This document shows positions 41,786-54,985 of a stretch of 64,000 nt of DNA, piece by piece (position 1 is the stretch's first letter; every line of letters begins with the position of its first letter). The notes under the pieces are model-generated. The model saw only the letters and a program-made list of their open reading frames with translations. It ran no database searches and had not been told where the DNA came from. Source of the DNA: Burkholderiales bacterium (lineage in GTDB: Bacteria; Pseudomonadota; Gammaproteobacteria; Burkholderiales; SG8-39); NCBI GenBank assembly GCA_049651845.1, contig JBASCW010000042.1, positions 37,235 through 101,234 on the forward strand, written 5' to 3'. Made by a program: the position numbers and the translations under genes.

Positions 41786-42464
41786 GCAGCAGGAACACCG
41801 TAGGCCGCTTGCCGATGGGCTCGCGCTGCCTGCGCCAGTCTGCAATGGATCTGGTCCTGACGGTTTCGCTCCTCATCGTCAGATCGGTCGCGACACAGAG
41901 TTTCGTTGCCGGGCTGCAGCTCTCCAGCAGCGCGCCGAGCAAGGCATCGTTGCGGTAGGGCGTCTCGATGAAAATCTGCGTCTCGCGCTCGCGCCGCGAG
42001 CGCGCCTCGAGCTCGCGAATTCGCCTGCGGCGCTGTTCCGCCTCGCGCGGCAGGTAGCCGCAGAAGGCGAAGCGCTGGCCTTCCAGGCCCGAGGCCATGA
42101 GCGCGAGCACGATCGAGGAAGGCCCCACGAGCGGCACCACGCGAACGCCGGCCGCGTGCGCGGCCTCTACCAGCCTTGCGCCGGGGTCGGCGATCGCCGG
42201 GCAGCCGGCTTCCGAGAGCAAGCCGACGGACTCGCCTGCCTTGAGTCTTTCCATCTCATGAGAAAAGTCCGAATCAACGGTCGAAATGCTGAGCTCCTGC
42301 ATCGGGCATGGCATTTCAATTTCCTTCAGGAACGCGCGCGCCGTCTTCGCATTCTCTACGACGAAATGCCGTAGCGTCCTGACCGTCTCGAGGGCCAAGG
42401 CCGGCAAGGCGTCGGCCGCGGCGCCGCCGAGCGGCGTGGGGATCGCGTAAAGGACGCCGGGCAT
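41775..42464 (-). CDS. SAM-dependent methyltransferase, tetrapyrrole-methylase (RsmI-like) fold
   Basis: Start MPGVLYAIPTPLGG at 42464; SEAGCPAIADPG and PLVGPSSIVLALMASG motifs; TGATG coupling with maf. Confidence 0.75.
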   Translation of the reverse strand: MPGVLYAIPTPLGGAAADALPALALETVRTLRHFVVENAKTARAFLKEIEMPCPMQELSISTVDSDFSHEMERLKAGESVGLLSEAGCPAIADPGARLVEAAHAAGVRVVPLVGPSSIVLALMASGLEGQRFAFCGYLPREAEQRRRRIRELEARSRRERETQIFIETPYRNDALLGALLESCSPATKLCVATDLTMRSETVRTRSIADWRRQREPIGKRPTVFLLLSA

Positions 42465-43054
42465 CAGCCCAGCACGTCGAAGCCGGACTCGCGCAGCAGC
42501 TCGCCCAGCGCGATCAGCGGCAGGCCGATCAGCGAGGTCGGATCTTCCGTGTCGATGCGCGCGATCAGGCTGATGCCGAGGCCCTCGGCCTTCGCGCTGC
42601 CGGCGCAGTCGTAGGGCTTCTCGAGCTGCAGGTAGCGTTCGATGCGCGCCACGTCCAGCGGCCGGAACGTGACGCGGCAAGGCACCACGCGCGCGCGTAG
42701 CGCCCCGGATTTCGTGTCCAGAACCGCCACCGCGGTATCGAACAGCGCGGTCCTGCCGCTCACCAGCGCCAGCTGCCGTACCGCGTTCTCGTGGTTGCCC
42801 GGCTTGTCGAGCCGCTCGCCGCCGCAGGAAGCCACCTGGTCCGATCCGATCACCAGCGCATCGGGATAGCGGATCGCGACCGCGCGGGCTTTCGCTTCGG
42901 CCAGGCGCGCGGCGGTGGCCGCCGGCGCCTCGTCGCCGCGCGGCACCTCGTCGATCTGGGGATTGGCGCATTCGAAGGGCATGCCGAGGCGCTCCAGCAG
43001 CCCGCGCCGGTACCTGGATGTCGAGGCGAGCACAACCCGCCGGGAAGATGGCAT
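42464..43054 (-). CDS. maf: Maf-family nucleoside triphosphate pyrophosphatase (YceF-like)
   Basis: Start MPSSRRVVLASTSRYRRGLLERLG at 43054; GSDQV...KP, YDCAGSAKAEGLG; divergent from yceD as in E. coli. Confidence 0.85.
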   Translation of the reverse strand: MPSSRRVVLASTSRYRRGLLERLGMPFECANPQIDEVPRGDEAPAATAARLAEAKARAVAIRYPDALVIGSDQVASCGGERLDKPGNHENAVRQLALVSGRTALFDTAVAVLDTKSGALRARVVPCRVTFRPLDVARIERYLQLEKPYDCAGSAKAEGLGISLIARIDTEDPTSLIGLPLIALGELLRESGFDVLG

Positions 43055-43102
43055 AGCTTTGTTTTGACAGAGATTTTTCAGGATGATACCATTCGCCCCC
43101 GT

Positions 43103-43612
43103 ATGTCGCATCAGCCGGTCATCGACGGCCTCGAATTCGCGAAGGCCGCATCGAGGCTGCAGGGGGCATGGCCGGTCGCCGAGTTCCTGCGTTTGCACGA
43201 TGCGCTGCGCTCGACGCCGGGGATGCTGCACTACGAAATGCAGGGGATCCCCGAGGAACAGGGACGGCCGGCGCTGCACCTGCAGGTGCGCGGCGAGCTG
43301 CACCTGACCTGCCAGCGCTGCCTGGGTGCGCTCGAATTCCCGCTGCGGATCGAGACCTCGCTGCGGCTGGCGGCGACGCAGGAAGAAGTCGATGCCGAGC
43401 CGCTGGGCGCGGGCGGGCCCGAGAGCATCGTCGCTGGCAAGGAAATGCGGGTGCAGGCGCTGGTGGAGGACGAAGTGTTGCTGGCGATACCGATCGCGCC
43501 GCGGCACGAAGACTGCACCGGCACTGCAAAGGACGCCGCGAGCGATGCGGCGGGCGCAAGACAAATGCCGTTCGCGGGTCTTCGCGGCCTGATGGGCGGG
43601 ACGAAACGCTGA
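43103..43612 (+). CDS. yceD: YceD/DUF177 family protein
   Basis: 169 aa; CQRCL...EDEVLLAIPIAPRH pattern; immediately upstream of rpmF. Confidence 0.8.
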   Translation: MSHQPVIDGLEFAKAASRLQGAWPVAEFLRLHDALRSTPGMLHYEMQGIPEEQGRPALHLQVRGELHLTCQRCLGALEFPLRIETSLRLAATQEEVDAEPLGAGGPESIVAGKEMRVQALVEDEVLLAIPIAPRHEDCTGTAKDAASDAAGARQMPFAGLRGLMGGTKR

Positions 43613-43644
43613 CGCAGTCATAAACTAGGAACGAGGAGCAACAC

Positions 43645-43824
43645 ATGGCAGTCCAGCAGAACAAGAAGTCGCCGTCCAAGCGCGGCATGCACCGTTCGCA
43701 CGATTTCCTCGGCGCGCCGGCGCTGGCGGTCGAGCCGACCAGCGGCGAGGCGCACCTGCGCCACCACATCAGCCCGAGCGGCTACTACCGCGGCAAGAAG
43801 GTCACCAAGGGCAAGGGCGACTGA
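43645..43824 (+). CDS. rpmF: 50S ribosomal protein L32
   Basis: [20 protein letters not shown]...; 59 aa; below the track length cutoff. Confidence 0.9.
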   Translation: MAVQQNKKSPSKRGMHRSHDFLGAPALAVEPTSGEAHLRHHISPSGYYRGKKVTKGKGD

Positions 43825-43847
43825 CGATCACCGTCGCCGTTGACTGC

Positions 43848-44831
43848 ATGGGGGGCGATCACGGCCCCCATGTGACGGTGCCGGCCGCCCTCGACTTCCG
43901 GCGCGCAAACGCGGACGTGGAGCTCGTCCTCGTCGGGTTGCGCGACGCCATCGAAGCCGAGCTGGCGAAGCAGGGCACCGCGCCCGGCACCGGGCTGCGC
44001 GTGCGGCACGCCGGGCAGGCGGTGGCGATGGACGAGCCCCCGGTGCAGGCCCTGCGCTTGAAGAAGGATTCCTCGATGCGCGTCGCGGTCAACCTGGTCA
44101 AGAGCGGCGAGGCGCACGCCTGCGTGAGCGCGGGCAACACCGGCGCGCTGATGGCGATCTCGCGCTTTGTGCTCAAGACGCTGCCGGCGATCGACCGGCC
44201 GGCGATCGCCACGGGCGTGCCGAACGCCAAGGGCGGCTTCACCTACATCCTCGACCTCGGCGCGAACGTGGACAGCACGCCCGAGCAGCTGATGCAGTTC
44301 GGCGTCATGGGCGCGATGCTGGTGTCGGCGGTCGAGCAGCGCGAGCGCCCGAGCGTGGGGCTGCTCAACATCGGCATCGAGGACATCAAGGGCAACGAGA
44401 CGGTGAAGCAGGCCGGCGAGCTGCTGCGCGCGAGCGGCCTCAATTTCCACGGTAACGTCGAGGCCGACGACATCTACAAGGGCACGGTGGACGTGGTCGT
44501 CTGCGACGGCTTCGTCGGCAATTCGGTGCTGAAGGCGTCCGAGGGCGTCGCCAAGATGATCGTCGGCTTCCTGCGCCAGGAGTTCTCGCGCAACCCGCTG
44601 CGCAAGCTCTCGGCGCTGTTCGCGATGCCGGTCCTCAAGGCGATGCGCGCGCGCATGGACCCGGGCAACTACAACGGCGCGAGCCTGCTCGGCCTCAAGG
44701 GCATCGTCATCAAGAGCCACGGCTCGGCCGACCGCTACGCGTTCGGCCAGGCGCTGCGGCGCGCCGCCGAGGAGGTGCGCAACGACGTCGTGCGCCGGAT
44801 TACCGACAGCATGGCCAGGGCGCACGCGTGA
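43848..44831 (+). CDS. plsX: Phosphate acyltransferase PlsX
   Basis: 327-aa ORF from the first ATG; the conserved N-terminus ([14 protein letters not shown]) extends upstream, so the true start is probably non-canonical near 43821-43827. Confidence 0.9.
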   Translation: MGGDHGPHVTVPAALDFRRANADVELVLVGLRDAIEAELAKQGTAPGTGLRVRHAGQAVAMDEPPVQALRLKKDSSMRVAVNLVKSGEAHACVSAGNTGALMAISRFVLKTLPAIDRPAIATGVPNAKGGFTYILDLGANVDSTPEQLMQFGVMGAMLVSAVEQRERPSVGLLNIGIEDIKGNETVKQAGELLRASGLNFHGNVEADDIYKGTVDVVVCDGFVGNSVLKASEGVAKMIVGFLRQEFSRNPLRKLSALFAMPVLKAMRARMDPGNYNGASLLGLKGIVIKSHGSADRYAFGQALRRAAEEVRNDVVRRITDSMARAHA

Positions 44832-45787
44832 TTTTTTCGCGCATCGTCGGCACCGGCAGCTACCTGCCGCCCACGGTCCTCACCAACGACGAGCTCTCCA
44901 GGCGCGTGGACACGAGCGACGCCTGGATCCAGGAGCGCACCGGGATCCGCCAGCGGCACATCGCCGACAAGTCGCAGGCTTCGAGCGACCTCGCGCTCGA
45001 AGCGAGCCGGCGCGCGCTCGAAGCGGCCGGCGTCACGGCTGCCGGGATCGACCTCATCATCGTCGCCACGTCGACGCCGGACTACATCTTTCCCAGCACT
45101 GCCTGCTTGCTGCAAGCGAAACTGGGCGTGAAAGGCTGTGCGGCTTTCGACATGCAGGCGGTCTGCAGCGGATTCGTATACGCGCTCGCGACCGCCGATA
45201 GTTTGATGAAGAATGGAATTTATAGCAAAGCGCTCGTTGTCGGCGCCGAAGTGTTTTCGCGCATACTGGACTGGAACGACCGCGCCACCTGCGTGCTGTT
45301 CGGCGACGGCGCGGGCGCGGTGGTGCTCGCGGCCGGCGACAAGCCCGGCCTGCACGCCTCGGCGCTGCATGCCGACGGCAGCCTGGCCGGCATCCTCTCG
45401 GTGCCCGGCAACGTCTGCGGCGGCAGCATCATGGGCTCGCCGTTCCTGCAAATGCAGGGCAACCAGGTGTTCAAGGTCGCGGTGAAGGTGCTCGACGAAT
45501 GCGCGCGCGAGGTCGTCGCGGCGGCCGGCATGACGCTGGCGGACGTGGACTGGCTGATACCGCACCAGGCGAACGTGCGCATCCTCGAGGCGACTGCGAA
45601 GCGGCTCGGCCTGCCACGCGAGAAGCTCGTGGTCACGGTCGGCCATCATGCGAACACGTCGGCCGCCTCGGTGCCGCTCGCGCTCGACGAGTACCTGCGG
45701 GCGGGCAGGATCAAGGCCGGCCAGAAGGTGATGCTGCAGGGCGTGGGCGGCGGCTTTACGTGGGGCGCGTCCCTGGTCACGATATGA
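44828..45787 (+). CDS. fabH: 3-oxoacyl-ACP synthase III
   Basis: 319-aa ORF; active-site [17 protein letters not shown]. Confidence 0.95.
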   Translation: MIFSRIVGTGSYLPPTVLTNDELSRRVDTSDAWIQERTGIRQRHIADKSQASSDLALEASRRALEAAGVTAAGIDLIIVATSTPDYIFPSTACLLQAKLGVKGCAAFDMQAVCSGFVYALATADSLMKNGIYSKALVVGAEVFSRILDWNDRATCVLFGDGAGAVVLAAGDKPGLHASALHADGSLAGILSVPGNVCGGSIMGSPFLQMQGNQVFKVAVKVLDECAREVVAAAGMTLADVDWLIPHQANVRILEATAKRLGLPREKLVVTVGHHANTSAASVPLALDEYLRAGRIKAGQKVMLQGVGGGFTWGASLVTI

Positions 45788-45809
45788 ATGCGAAGAAGGC
45801 AAGAGGCGC

Positions 45810-46745
45810 ATGAAACTCGCGATGGTCTTCCCCGGGCAGGGCTCGCAATCGGTCGGCATGCTGAAGGGCTACGCTGGGCTTGCCGGTGTCGATGGCGTAC
45901 GCGCGGCGGCAAGCGCTGCGCTGGGCGCGGATTTTCTCAAGCTGCTAGACGAGGGGCCGGCGGAGCAGCTCAACCTCACCGTGAACACGCAGCCGGCGAT
46001 GGTGACCGCGGCGATCACGGCGTACCGCGCCTGGCTCGCCGCCGGCGGTCCGGCGCCATCGCTCGTCGCCGGGCACAGCCTCGGCGAGTATTCGGCGCTC
46101 GTCGCCGCGGGCGCGCTCACGCTCGAGGCGGCGCTGCCGCTGGTGCGCTTCCGCGCGCAGTCGATGCAGGCAGCGGTGCCCGAGGGCCAGGGCGCGATGG
46201 CGGCGATCCTCGGCCTCGACGACGACGGCGCGCGCGCCGCCTGCGCGGAAAGCGCGCAGGGCGAGGTCGTGCAGGCGGTCAACTTCAACGCGCCTGGCCA
46301 GGTCGTCCTGGCAGGCCACAAGGCCGCGGTGGCGCGCGCCATCGAAGCCTGCAAGGCGCGCGGCGCGAAGCGCGCGATGCCGCTGCCGGTGAGCGCGCCC
46401 TTTCATTCGAGTTTGATGAAACCGGCTGGGGAGAAGCTGCGGATTTATTTTGAAAAGCTTTCTTTTCAGGATCCGAAAGTTCCGGTCATCAACAACGTCG
46501 ACGTCGCGATCGAATCCGATGCATGCAAGATCAAGGACGCACTTGTGCGCCAGGCGGCATCGCCGGTGCGCTGGGCGGAGACGATCCGCGCGATGGCCGC
46601 GCAGGGCGTGACGCACGTGGTCGAATGCGGGCCGGGCAAGGTGCTCGCGGGGCTGGTGAAGCGCATCGAGCCGAAGCTGCAGGGCTTCGCGGCGGCCGAC
46701 CGCGCCTCGCTCGAGCAGTCGCTCACCGCGGTGCAGGGAGGCTGA
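45810..46745 (+). CDS. fabD: Malonyl CoA-ACP transacylase
   Basis: 311-aa ORF; FPGQGSQ and GHSLGEYSAL motifs. Confidence 0.95.
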   Translation: MKLAMVFPGQGSQSVGMLKGYAGLAGVDGVRAAASAALGADFLKLLDEGPAEQLNLTVNTQPAMVTAAITAYRAWLAAGGPAPSLVAGHSLGEYSALVAAGALTLEAALPLVRFRAQSMQAAVPEGQGAMAAILGLDDDGARAACAESAQGEVVQAVNFNAPGQVVLAGHKAAVARAIEACKARGAKRAMPLPVSAPFHSSLMKPAGEKLRIYFEKLSFQDPKVPVINNVDVAIESDACKIKDALVRQAASPVRWAETIRAMAAQGVTHVVECGPGKVLAGLVKRIEPKLQGFAAADRASLEQSLTAVQGG

Positions 46746-46746
46746 G

Positions 46747-47469
46747 ATGTTCGACGGCAAGCTTGCACTGGTTACCGGCGCGTCGCGCGGCATCGGTCAC
46801 GCGATCGCGCTCGAACTCGCGAAGCAGGGCGCGAAGGTCGTCGGCACCGCGACCGGCGAGGCTGGCGTGAAGGCGATTGCCGACGCGGGCCTGATCGCCA
46901 AGGTCATGAACGTGCGCGATGCGGCGCATACCGATGCCGTGCTCGCCGAAATACAGAAGGAGGCCGGCGACATCGCGGTGCTCGTGAACAACGCGGGCAT
47001 CACGCGCGACAACCTCGCGCTGCGCATGAAGGACGCCGACTGGGACGAGGTCATCGAGACCAATCTGAAGTCGGTGTTCCGTCTGTCGCGCGCGGTGATG
47101 CGCGGCATGATGAAGGCGCGCTGGGGACGCATCATCAACATCACCTCGGTGGTCGGCGCCTCGGGCAACCCGGGCCAGGCGAACTACGCGGCCGCGAAGG
47201 CGGGCATCGTCGGCATGTCGAAGTCGCTCGCGCAGGAGCTCGGCAGCCGCAACATCACGGTCAACTGCGTCGCGCCGGGCTTCATCGACACCGACATGAC
47301 GCGCGCGCTGCCGGAAGCGCAGAGGAACGCGCTGCTCGAGCGCATCCCGCTCGGGCGCCTCGGCCAGGCGCAGGACATCGCCGCGGCGGTCGCGTATCTC
47401 GCGTCCCCCGCCGCAGGCTACGTCACGGGCGCGGTGCTACACGTCAACGGCGGAATGTATCTCGCCTGA
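46747..47469 (+). CDS. fabG: 3-oxoacyl-ACP reductase
   Basis: 240-aa SDR; [20 protein letters not shown]. Confidence 0.95.
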   Translation: MFDGKLALVTGASRGIGHAIALELAKQGAKVVGTATGEAGVKAIADAGLIAKVMNVRDAAHTDAVLAEIQKEAGDIAVLVNNAGITRDNLALRMKDADWDEVIETNLKSVFRLSRAVMRGMMKARWGRIINITSVVGASGNPGQANYAAAKAGIVGMSKSLAQELGSRNITVNCVAPGFIDTDMTRALPEAQRNALLERIPLGRLGQAQDIAAAVAYLASPAAGYVTGAVLHVNGGMYLA

Positions 47470-47509
47470 TTCCGGTAAAATATCGATTGCGAACTGTGAA
47501 GGGGAAGGC

Positions 47510-47749
47510 ATGGACAACATCGAACAGCGGGTCAAGAAGATCATTGCCGAGCAGCTCGGCGTGAACGAGGCCGAGATCAAGACCGAGTCGTCGTTCGTCG
47601 ACGACCTGGGCGCCGATTCGCTCGACACTGTCGAGCTGGTGATGGCCCTCGAGGAGGAATTCGAGACCGAGATCCCCGACGAGGACGCCGAGAAGATCAC
47701 CACCGTGCAGCAGGCGATCGACTACGTGAAGGCGCACTCCAAGGCCTGA
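47510..47749 (+). CDS. acpP: Acyl carrier protein
   Basis: 79 aa; [20 protein letters not shown] phosphopantetheine site. Confidence 0.97.
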   Translation: MDNIEQRVKKIIAEQLGVNEAEIKTESSFVDDLGADSLDTVELVMALEEEFETEIPDEDAEKITTVQQAIDYVKAHSKA

Positions 47750-47772
47750 CGGGCGAGCGAACCCCCGCCACA

Positions 47773-49011
<1,239 letters not shown>

Positions 49012-49020
49012 GACGGCGCC

Positions 49021-49479
49021 GTGAACAGCGCCCGGCCTGTCCGGCTCGCGCTTTCTCCTGCCCCGGGGTTCGCCCTCCTGATCATCGTCGCGCACGGGAT
49101 CGCCGCGGCCTGTTTCCTGACGGTTTCGACAGGTTGGCTCGCCGCAAGCGCGGCAGTGTTCGTCCTTGCGCTCGGCGCGGCCGCCGCCTGGCACCGCGCG
49201 CTGCTGCGCAGCAGCCGCTCGCCGCGGGCGATCGAGATCTCGCCCTCGGGCGACGCTTGCTGCCTCTTCGCCGATGGCAGTTCCTGCGCGATCGCGGCGC
49301 GCCCGGGCGCCGGGGTCAACCGCCACTGGGTCTCGCTTCGCCTGCAATCCCGTTGGAGCCGCTCCCTGCTGGTGGTTGCGGGCATGCTGTCGCAGGACGG
49401 CTTCCGCGTGCTGCGACTCTGGGCGCTCTGGGGCCGGCTGCCCGGCGTAGCGCGCCGGCAACTTGCAGGATTGCCATAA
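49021..49479 (+). CDS. Hypothetical two-TM membrane protein between fabF and rpoE
   Basis: 152-aa ORF, GTG start; two hydrophobic helices then an Arg/Trp-rich domain; no recognisable motif. Confidence 0.45.
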   Translation: MNSARPVRLALSPAPGFALLIIVAHGIAAACFLTVSTGWLAASAAVFVLALGAAAAWHRALLRSSRSPRAIEISPSGDACCLFADGSSCAIAARPGAGVNRHWVSLRLQSRWSRSLLVVAGMLSQDGFRVLRLWALWGRLPGVARRQLAGLP

Positions 49480-49494
49480 GGCAACGAATGCAAC

Positions 49495-49521
49495 GAACTA
49501 TTTTCAAAGGCCCTTGTCTGT
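49495..49521 (+). promoter_or_regulatory. Candidate sigma-E/AlgU-type autoregulated promoter of rpoE
   Basis: GAACTA-N16-TCTGT resembles the AlgU/RpoE consensus GAACTT-N16/17-TCTGA; about 36 nt upstream of ATG 49558. Confidence 0.45.
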
Positions 49522-49557
49522 GGCACATAGGCAAGGCGGGCGGGGGGCCTGGCAGCC

Positions 49558-50157
49558 ATGTCTGAGCGCCAGATCGACCAGCAGTTGGTCGAGCGCGCGC
49601 AGCGCGGCGACAAGCGGGCCTTCGAGCTGCTGGTGGAGAAGTACGAGCGCAAGCTCGCGCGGCTGCTGTCGCGCCTGATCCGCGACCCGGGCGAGGTCGA
49701 GGACGTGACGCAGGAAGCGTTCATCAAGGCGTACCGTGCGCTGCCCTCCTTCCGTGGCGACAGTGCGTTTTACACGTGGCTGTACAGGATCGGCATCAAC
49801 ACCGCCAAGAATTACCTGGTGGCGATGGGCAGGCGGGCGCCAACCTCGACCGACGTGGAGGCCGAGGAGGCGGAAGGGCAGGAAGGCGGCGAGTTGCTGC
49901 GCGACATCAGCACGCCGGAGAGCCTGCTGCTGACGAAGGAGATCGGCGACACGGTGAACGCGGCGATCGAGTCGCTGCCGGAAGAGCTGCGCAGCGCGAT
50001 TCAGCTGCGCGAGCTCGAGGGCATGAGTTACGAGGAGATCGCGAAGCTGATGGATTGCCCGATCGGCACCGTGCGCTCCCGGATCTTCCGGGCGCGCGAA
50101 GCGATCGCCGAGCGCCTGAAGCCGCTGCTGGACGGGGCGAAGGACAAGAGGTGGTAG
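49558..50157 (+). CDS. rpoE: ECF sigma factor RpoE/AlgU (sigma-24)
   Basis: 199-aa ORF; QLVERAQRGDKRAFELLVEKY, region 4 ELEGMSYEEIAKLMDCPIGTVRSRIFRARE. Confidence 0.95.
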   Translation: MSERQIDQQLVERAQRGDKRAFELLVEKYERKLARLLSRLIRDPGEVEDVTQEAFIKAYRALPSFRGDSAFYTWLYRIGINTAKNYLVAMGRRAPTSTDVEAEEAEGQEGGELLRDISTPESLLLTKEIGDTVNAAIESLPEELRSAIQLRELEGMSYEEIAKLMDCPIGTVRSRIFRAREAIAERLKPLLDGAKDKRW

Positions 50158-50161
50158 CACG

Positions 50162-50683
50162 ATGAAAGCGAAGATTTCGGCATTGATGGACGGCGAGCTC
50201 GACGGCCGCGAGGCCGCGGGCGCGCTCGAGGCCTTGCGGGCGGAGGGCGAGGTGCGCGAGTCCTGGCGCACTTACCACCTGATCAGCGACGCGATGCGCG
50301 ACACGCACCCGCTTTCGGCGGGGTTCTCGGCGCGCGTGGCCACGCGCCTCGCCGGCGAGCCTACGGTGCTCGCACCGAAGTGGGGCTTCAATTCGCGCCC
50401 GCTCCTGGAGCAGCGGCGCTGGCAGGTCCTGTCGGCCGCGGCGAGCGTCGCGGCGATCGGCTTCGTGTCGCTGTCGTTCTTCTCGCAGGAGCCGTCGGTG
50501 CCTGCGCAGCCGCTTGCGGCCGGCGCGGCCGCGCCGCAGGCCGAGTCCGCGCAGGTCGCGCCCCCGGCGGCGGCCAACGACTACCTGCTCGCGCACCAGG
50601 CCTATTCCCCGCGCATCTCGCTGCAGGGTGTTGCGCCCTACGTGCGCACGGTGTCGAGCGAGCGCCGCGGATCGCGGCAGTGA
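50162..50683 (+). CDS. rseA: Anti-sigma-E factor (RseA/MucA-like)
   Basis: 173 aa; N-terminal ISALMDGELD...WRTYHLISDAMR RseA_N pattern. Confidence 0.85.
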   Translation: MKAKISALMDGELDGREAAGALEALRAEGEVRESWRTYHLISDAMRDTHPLSAGFSARVATRLAGEPTVLAPKWGFNSRPLLEQRRWQVLSAAASVAAIGFVSLSFFSQEPSVPAQPLAAGAAAPQAESAQVAPPAAANDYLLAHQAYSPRISLQGVAPYVRTVSSERRGSRQ

Positions 50684-51660
50684 TGCTGCGCATCCTGGGA
50701 CTCGCGCTGGCGTTCTGCGGCGCATGGCAGGCGCAGGCGCAGTCGCCCGTGCCGGCGCAGGCGCCCGCCGACGCGATGTCGCTGCTGCGCCGGATCTACG
50801 AGGCGACCGAGAACCTGTCGTATTCGGGCACCTTCGTCTACCACCAGGGCGAGCGCACCGAGACCTCGCGCATCGACCGCATCGCCGGGCCCGGCGGCAA
50901 CGTCGAGCGCCTGGAGATTCTGGACGGCATGCCGCGCGAGATCGTGCGCACGCGCGACACGGTGCGCTGCTACCTGCCCGAGAGCCAGACCGTGAAGGTC
51001 GAGCGCCGCATCGACGCGCGCGCTTTCCCGGGCATGCTGCCGGAGCACATCTCGGAGCTCGCCCGCAACTACAGTATTTCGCGCGGCGAGCGCCTGCGCA
51101 TCGCCGGCTACGACTGCGACGCGGTGGTGCTGACGCCGAAGGACGACCTGCGCTACGGCTACAAGCTCTGGGCCGACGTCAACAGCGGCATGCTGCTCAA
51201 GGCCCGCACCTTCAACCGCAAGGGCGAGGTCGTCGAGCAGTTCACGTTCGCGCAGCTGACGATCGGCAAAGTGCCGCGCGAGCGGGTGCGCACGAAGCAC
51301 GCGGCGCAGAACTGGCGCGTCGAGGACGCCGCGGTGGCGCCCGCCAACCTGGCGCGCGCCGGCTGGTCGATCGGCGCCGAGCTGCCGGGTTTCCGCAAGG
51401 TGACCGAGGTCACGCGCAGGCTGGGCGAAGCGCGGCCCGTCGGACAGATGGTCTATTCGGACGGCATGGTGGCCGTGTCGGTGTTCATCGAGCCGCTGAC
51501 CGGGCGCAGCGAGGCGGTGCGCCCGGGACTGTCGAGCCTTGGGGCGTTCCACATCTACACCCGCGAGGTGGCGAACCACGTCGTCACCGTGGTGGGCGAG
51601 GCGCCGGCGGCGAGCGTGCAGCGCCTGGCCAATCAGGTGGAGTACCGCCGGCCGCAATAG
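50683..51660 (+). CDS. rseB: Sigma-E regulatory protein RseB/MucB
   Basis: Start MLRILGLALAFCGAWQAQA at 50683 (TGATG coupling); LSYSGTFVYHQG and YKLWADVNSGMLLK motifs; the track ORF from 50380 is over-extended. Confidence 0.85.
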   Translation: MLRILGLALAFCGAWQAQAQSPVPAQAPADAMSLLRRIYEATENLSYSGTFVYHQGERTETSRIDRIAGPGGNVERLEILDGMPREIVRTRDTVRCYLPESQTVKVERRIDARAFPGMLPEHISELARNYSISRGERLRIAGYDCDAVVLTPKDDLRYGYKLWADVNSGMLLKARTFNRKGEVVEQFTFAQLTIGKVPRERVRTKHAAQNWRVEDAAVAPANLARAGWSIGAELPGFRKVTEVTRRLGEARPVGQMVYSDGMVAVSVFIEPLTGRSEAVRPGLSSLGAFHIYTREVANHVVTVVGEAPAASVQRLANQVEYRRPQ

Positions 51661-51684
51661 GCCGGCAACAACAGGAGAGCAAGC

Positions 51685-53106
51685 ATGAGCTGGTCCCGTT
51701 TTTCGATCGTCTTTCTGACGCTGTCCTGGCTGGCGCCCGCGACCGCGCAACTACGCGAGCTGCCGGACTTCACGCGCCTCGTCGACGAGCACGGCGCGGC
51801 GGTGGTCAACATCAGCACCACGCAGGCGCGCCGCACGCAGGGCCTGGCGCAGATCCCGGGCATCGAGAGCGAGGAAGGCCAGGAGTTCTTCCGCCGCTTC
51901 GTGCCGCAGCGCCCGCAGCCGGGGCCGCGCCAGGAGAGCCGCTCGCTGGGCTCGGGCTTCATCATCAGCAAGGACGGCTACATCTTGACCAACGAGCACG
52001 TCGTCGAAGGCGCCGACGAGATCACCGTCAAGCTCACCGACAAGCGCGAGTTCAAGGCCAAGGTGATCGGCACCGACAAGCGCACCGACATCGCGCTCAT
52101 CAAGATCGAGCCGACCGGCGCGCTGCCGGCGGTCAAGTTCGGCGATCCGTCGAAGCTGAAGGTCGGCGAATGGGTGATCGCGATCGGCTCGCCGTTCGGC
52201 TTCGAGAGCACGGTCACCGCCGGCATCGTCTCTGGCAAGGGGCGCATCATGCAGGACGCGAACCTGGTGCCGTTCATCCAGACCGACGTGGCGATCAACG
52301 TCGGCAACTCGGGGGGACCGCTGTTCAACATGCGCGGCGAGGTGGTCGGCATCAACTCGCGGCTGTTCAGCCCCACCGGCACCTATCTCGGCATCGCCTT
52401 CGCGATCCCGATCGACGTCGCGCTCGACGTGCAGACGCAGCTGCAGGCCAAGGGCCGCGTCTCGCGCGGCAAGATCGGCGTGGCGATCCAGGAGGTGTCC
52501 AAGGACCTGGCGACCTCGTTCGGCCTGGACCGGCCGCGCGGCGCGCTGGTGGTGTCGGTGGAGAAGGGCAGCCCGGCCGAGCGCGCTGGCGTCGAGTCGA
52601 GCGACATCATCACGCGCTTCGACGGCAAGCAGGTCGACGCGCAGAGCGACCTGCCGCGCTTCGTCGCGGCCATGCGCCCGGGCGCCAAAGCCGAACTCGA
52701 GGTGTGGCGCAAGGGCGCGGCGCGCTCGCTCAGCATCACGGTCGGCGAATGGGAGGAAGACCGCCTCGCGAGCCGCGAGCCGGCACGGCCGCAGCGCCAG
52801 GCGGCCGCCGCGGCCAACCGGCTCGGCGTCATGGTGAGCGACCTGAACGCCAAGCAGAAGGAGGAGCTCAAGCTCTCTGCCGGCGTGCTGGTCACCGAGG
52901 TGCGCGCCGATGCGCGCGCCGACGTGCGGCGCGGCGACATCCTGCTCAGCGTCGTGCACAAGGGGCAGCACACCGAGATCCGCTCGGTCGAGCAGCTCAA
53001 CAAGCTGCTCGCCGGACTCGACAAGAGCGCGGTGATCACGCTGCAGGTACGCCGCGGCGAGTCGATGGCCTTCGTGACGGTGAACGGGCTCTCGGACAAG
53101 GGGTAA
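51685..53106 (+). CDS. mucD: Periplasmic serine endoprotease DegP/MucD family (trypsin domain + 2 PDZ)
   Basis: 473-aa ORF; signal peptide; catalytic triad context TNEHVV, DIALIK, GNSGGPL; two PDZ-like segments. Confidence 0.9.
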   Translation: MSWSRFSIVFLTLSWLAPATAQLRELPDFTRLVDEHGAAVVNISTTQARRTQGLAQIPGIESEEGQEFFRRFVPQRPQPGPRQESRSLGSGFIISKDGYILTNEHVVEGADEITVKLTDKREFKAKVIGTDKRTDIALIKIEPTGALPAVKFGDPSKLKVGEWVIAIGSPFGFESTVTAGIVSGKGRIMQDANLVPFIQTDVAINVGNSGGPLFNMRGEVVGINSRLFSPTGTYLGIAFAIPIDVALDVQTQLQAKGRVSRGKIGVAIQEVSKDLATSFGLDRPRGALVVSVEKGSPAERAGVESSDIITRFDGKQVDAQSDLPRFVAAMRPGAKAELEVWRKGAARSLSITVGEWEEDRLASREPARPQRQAAAAANRLGVMVSDLNAKQKEELKLSAGVLVTEVRADARADVRRGDILLSVVHKGQHTEIRSVEQLNKLLAGLDKSAVITLQVRRGESMAFVTVNGLSDKG

Positions 53107-53176
53107 GCGCGGAGCGCTGCGCTGCGTTGCGGTAAAATAGCGGGACTTGGAGGGTGCTTCGGCACCCTCTTTGCTT

Positions 53177-54976
<1,800 letters not shown>

Positions 54977-54985
54977 GGAAAACCC

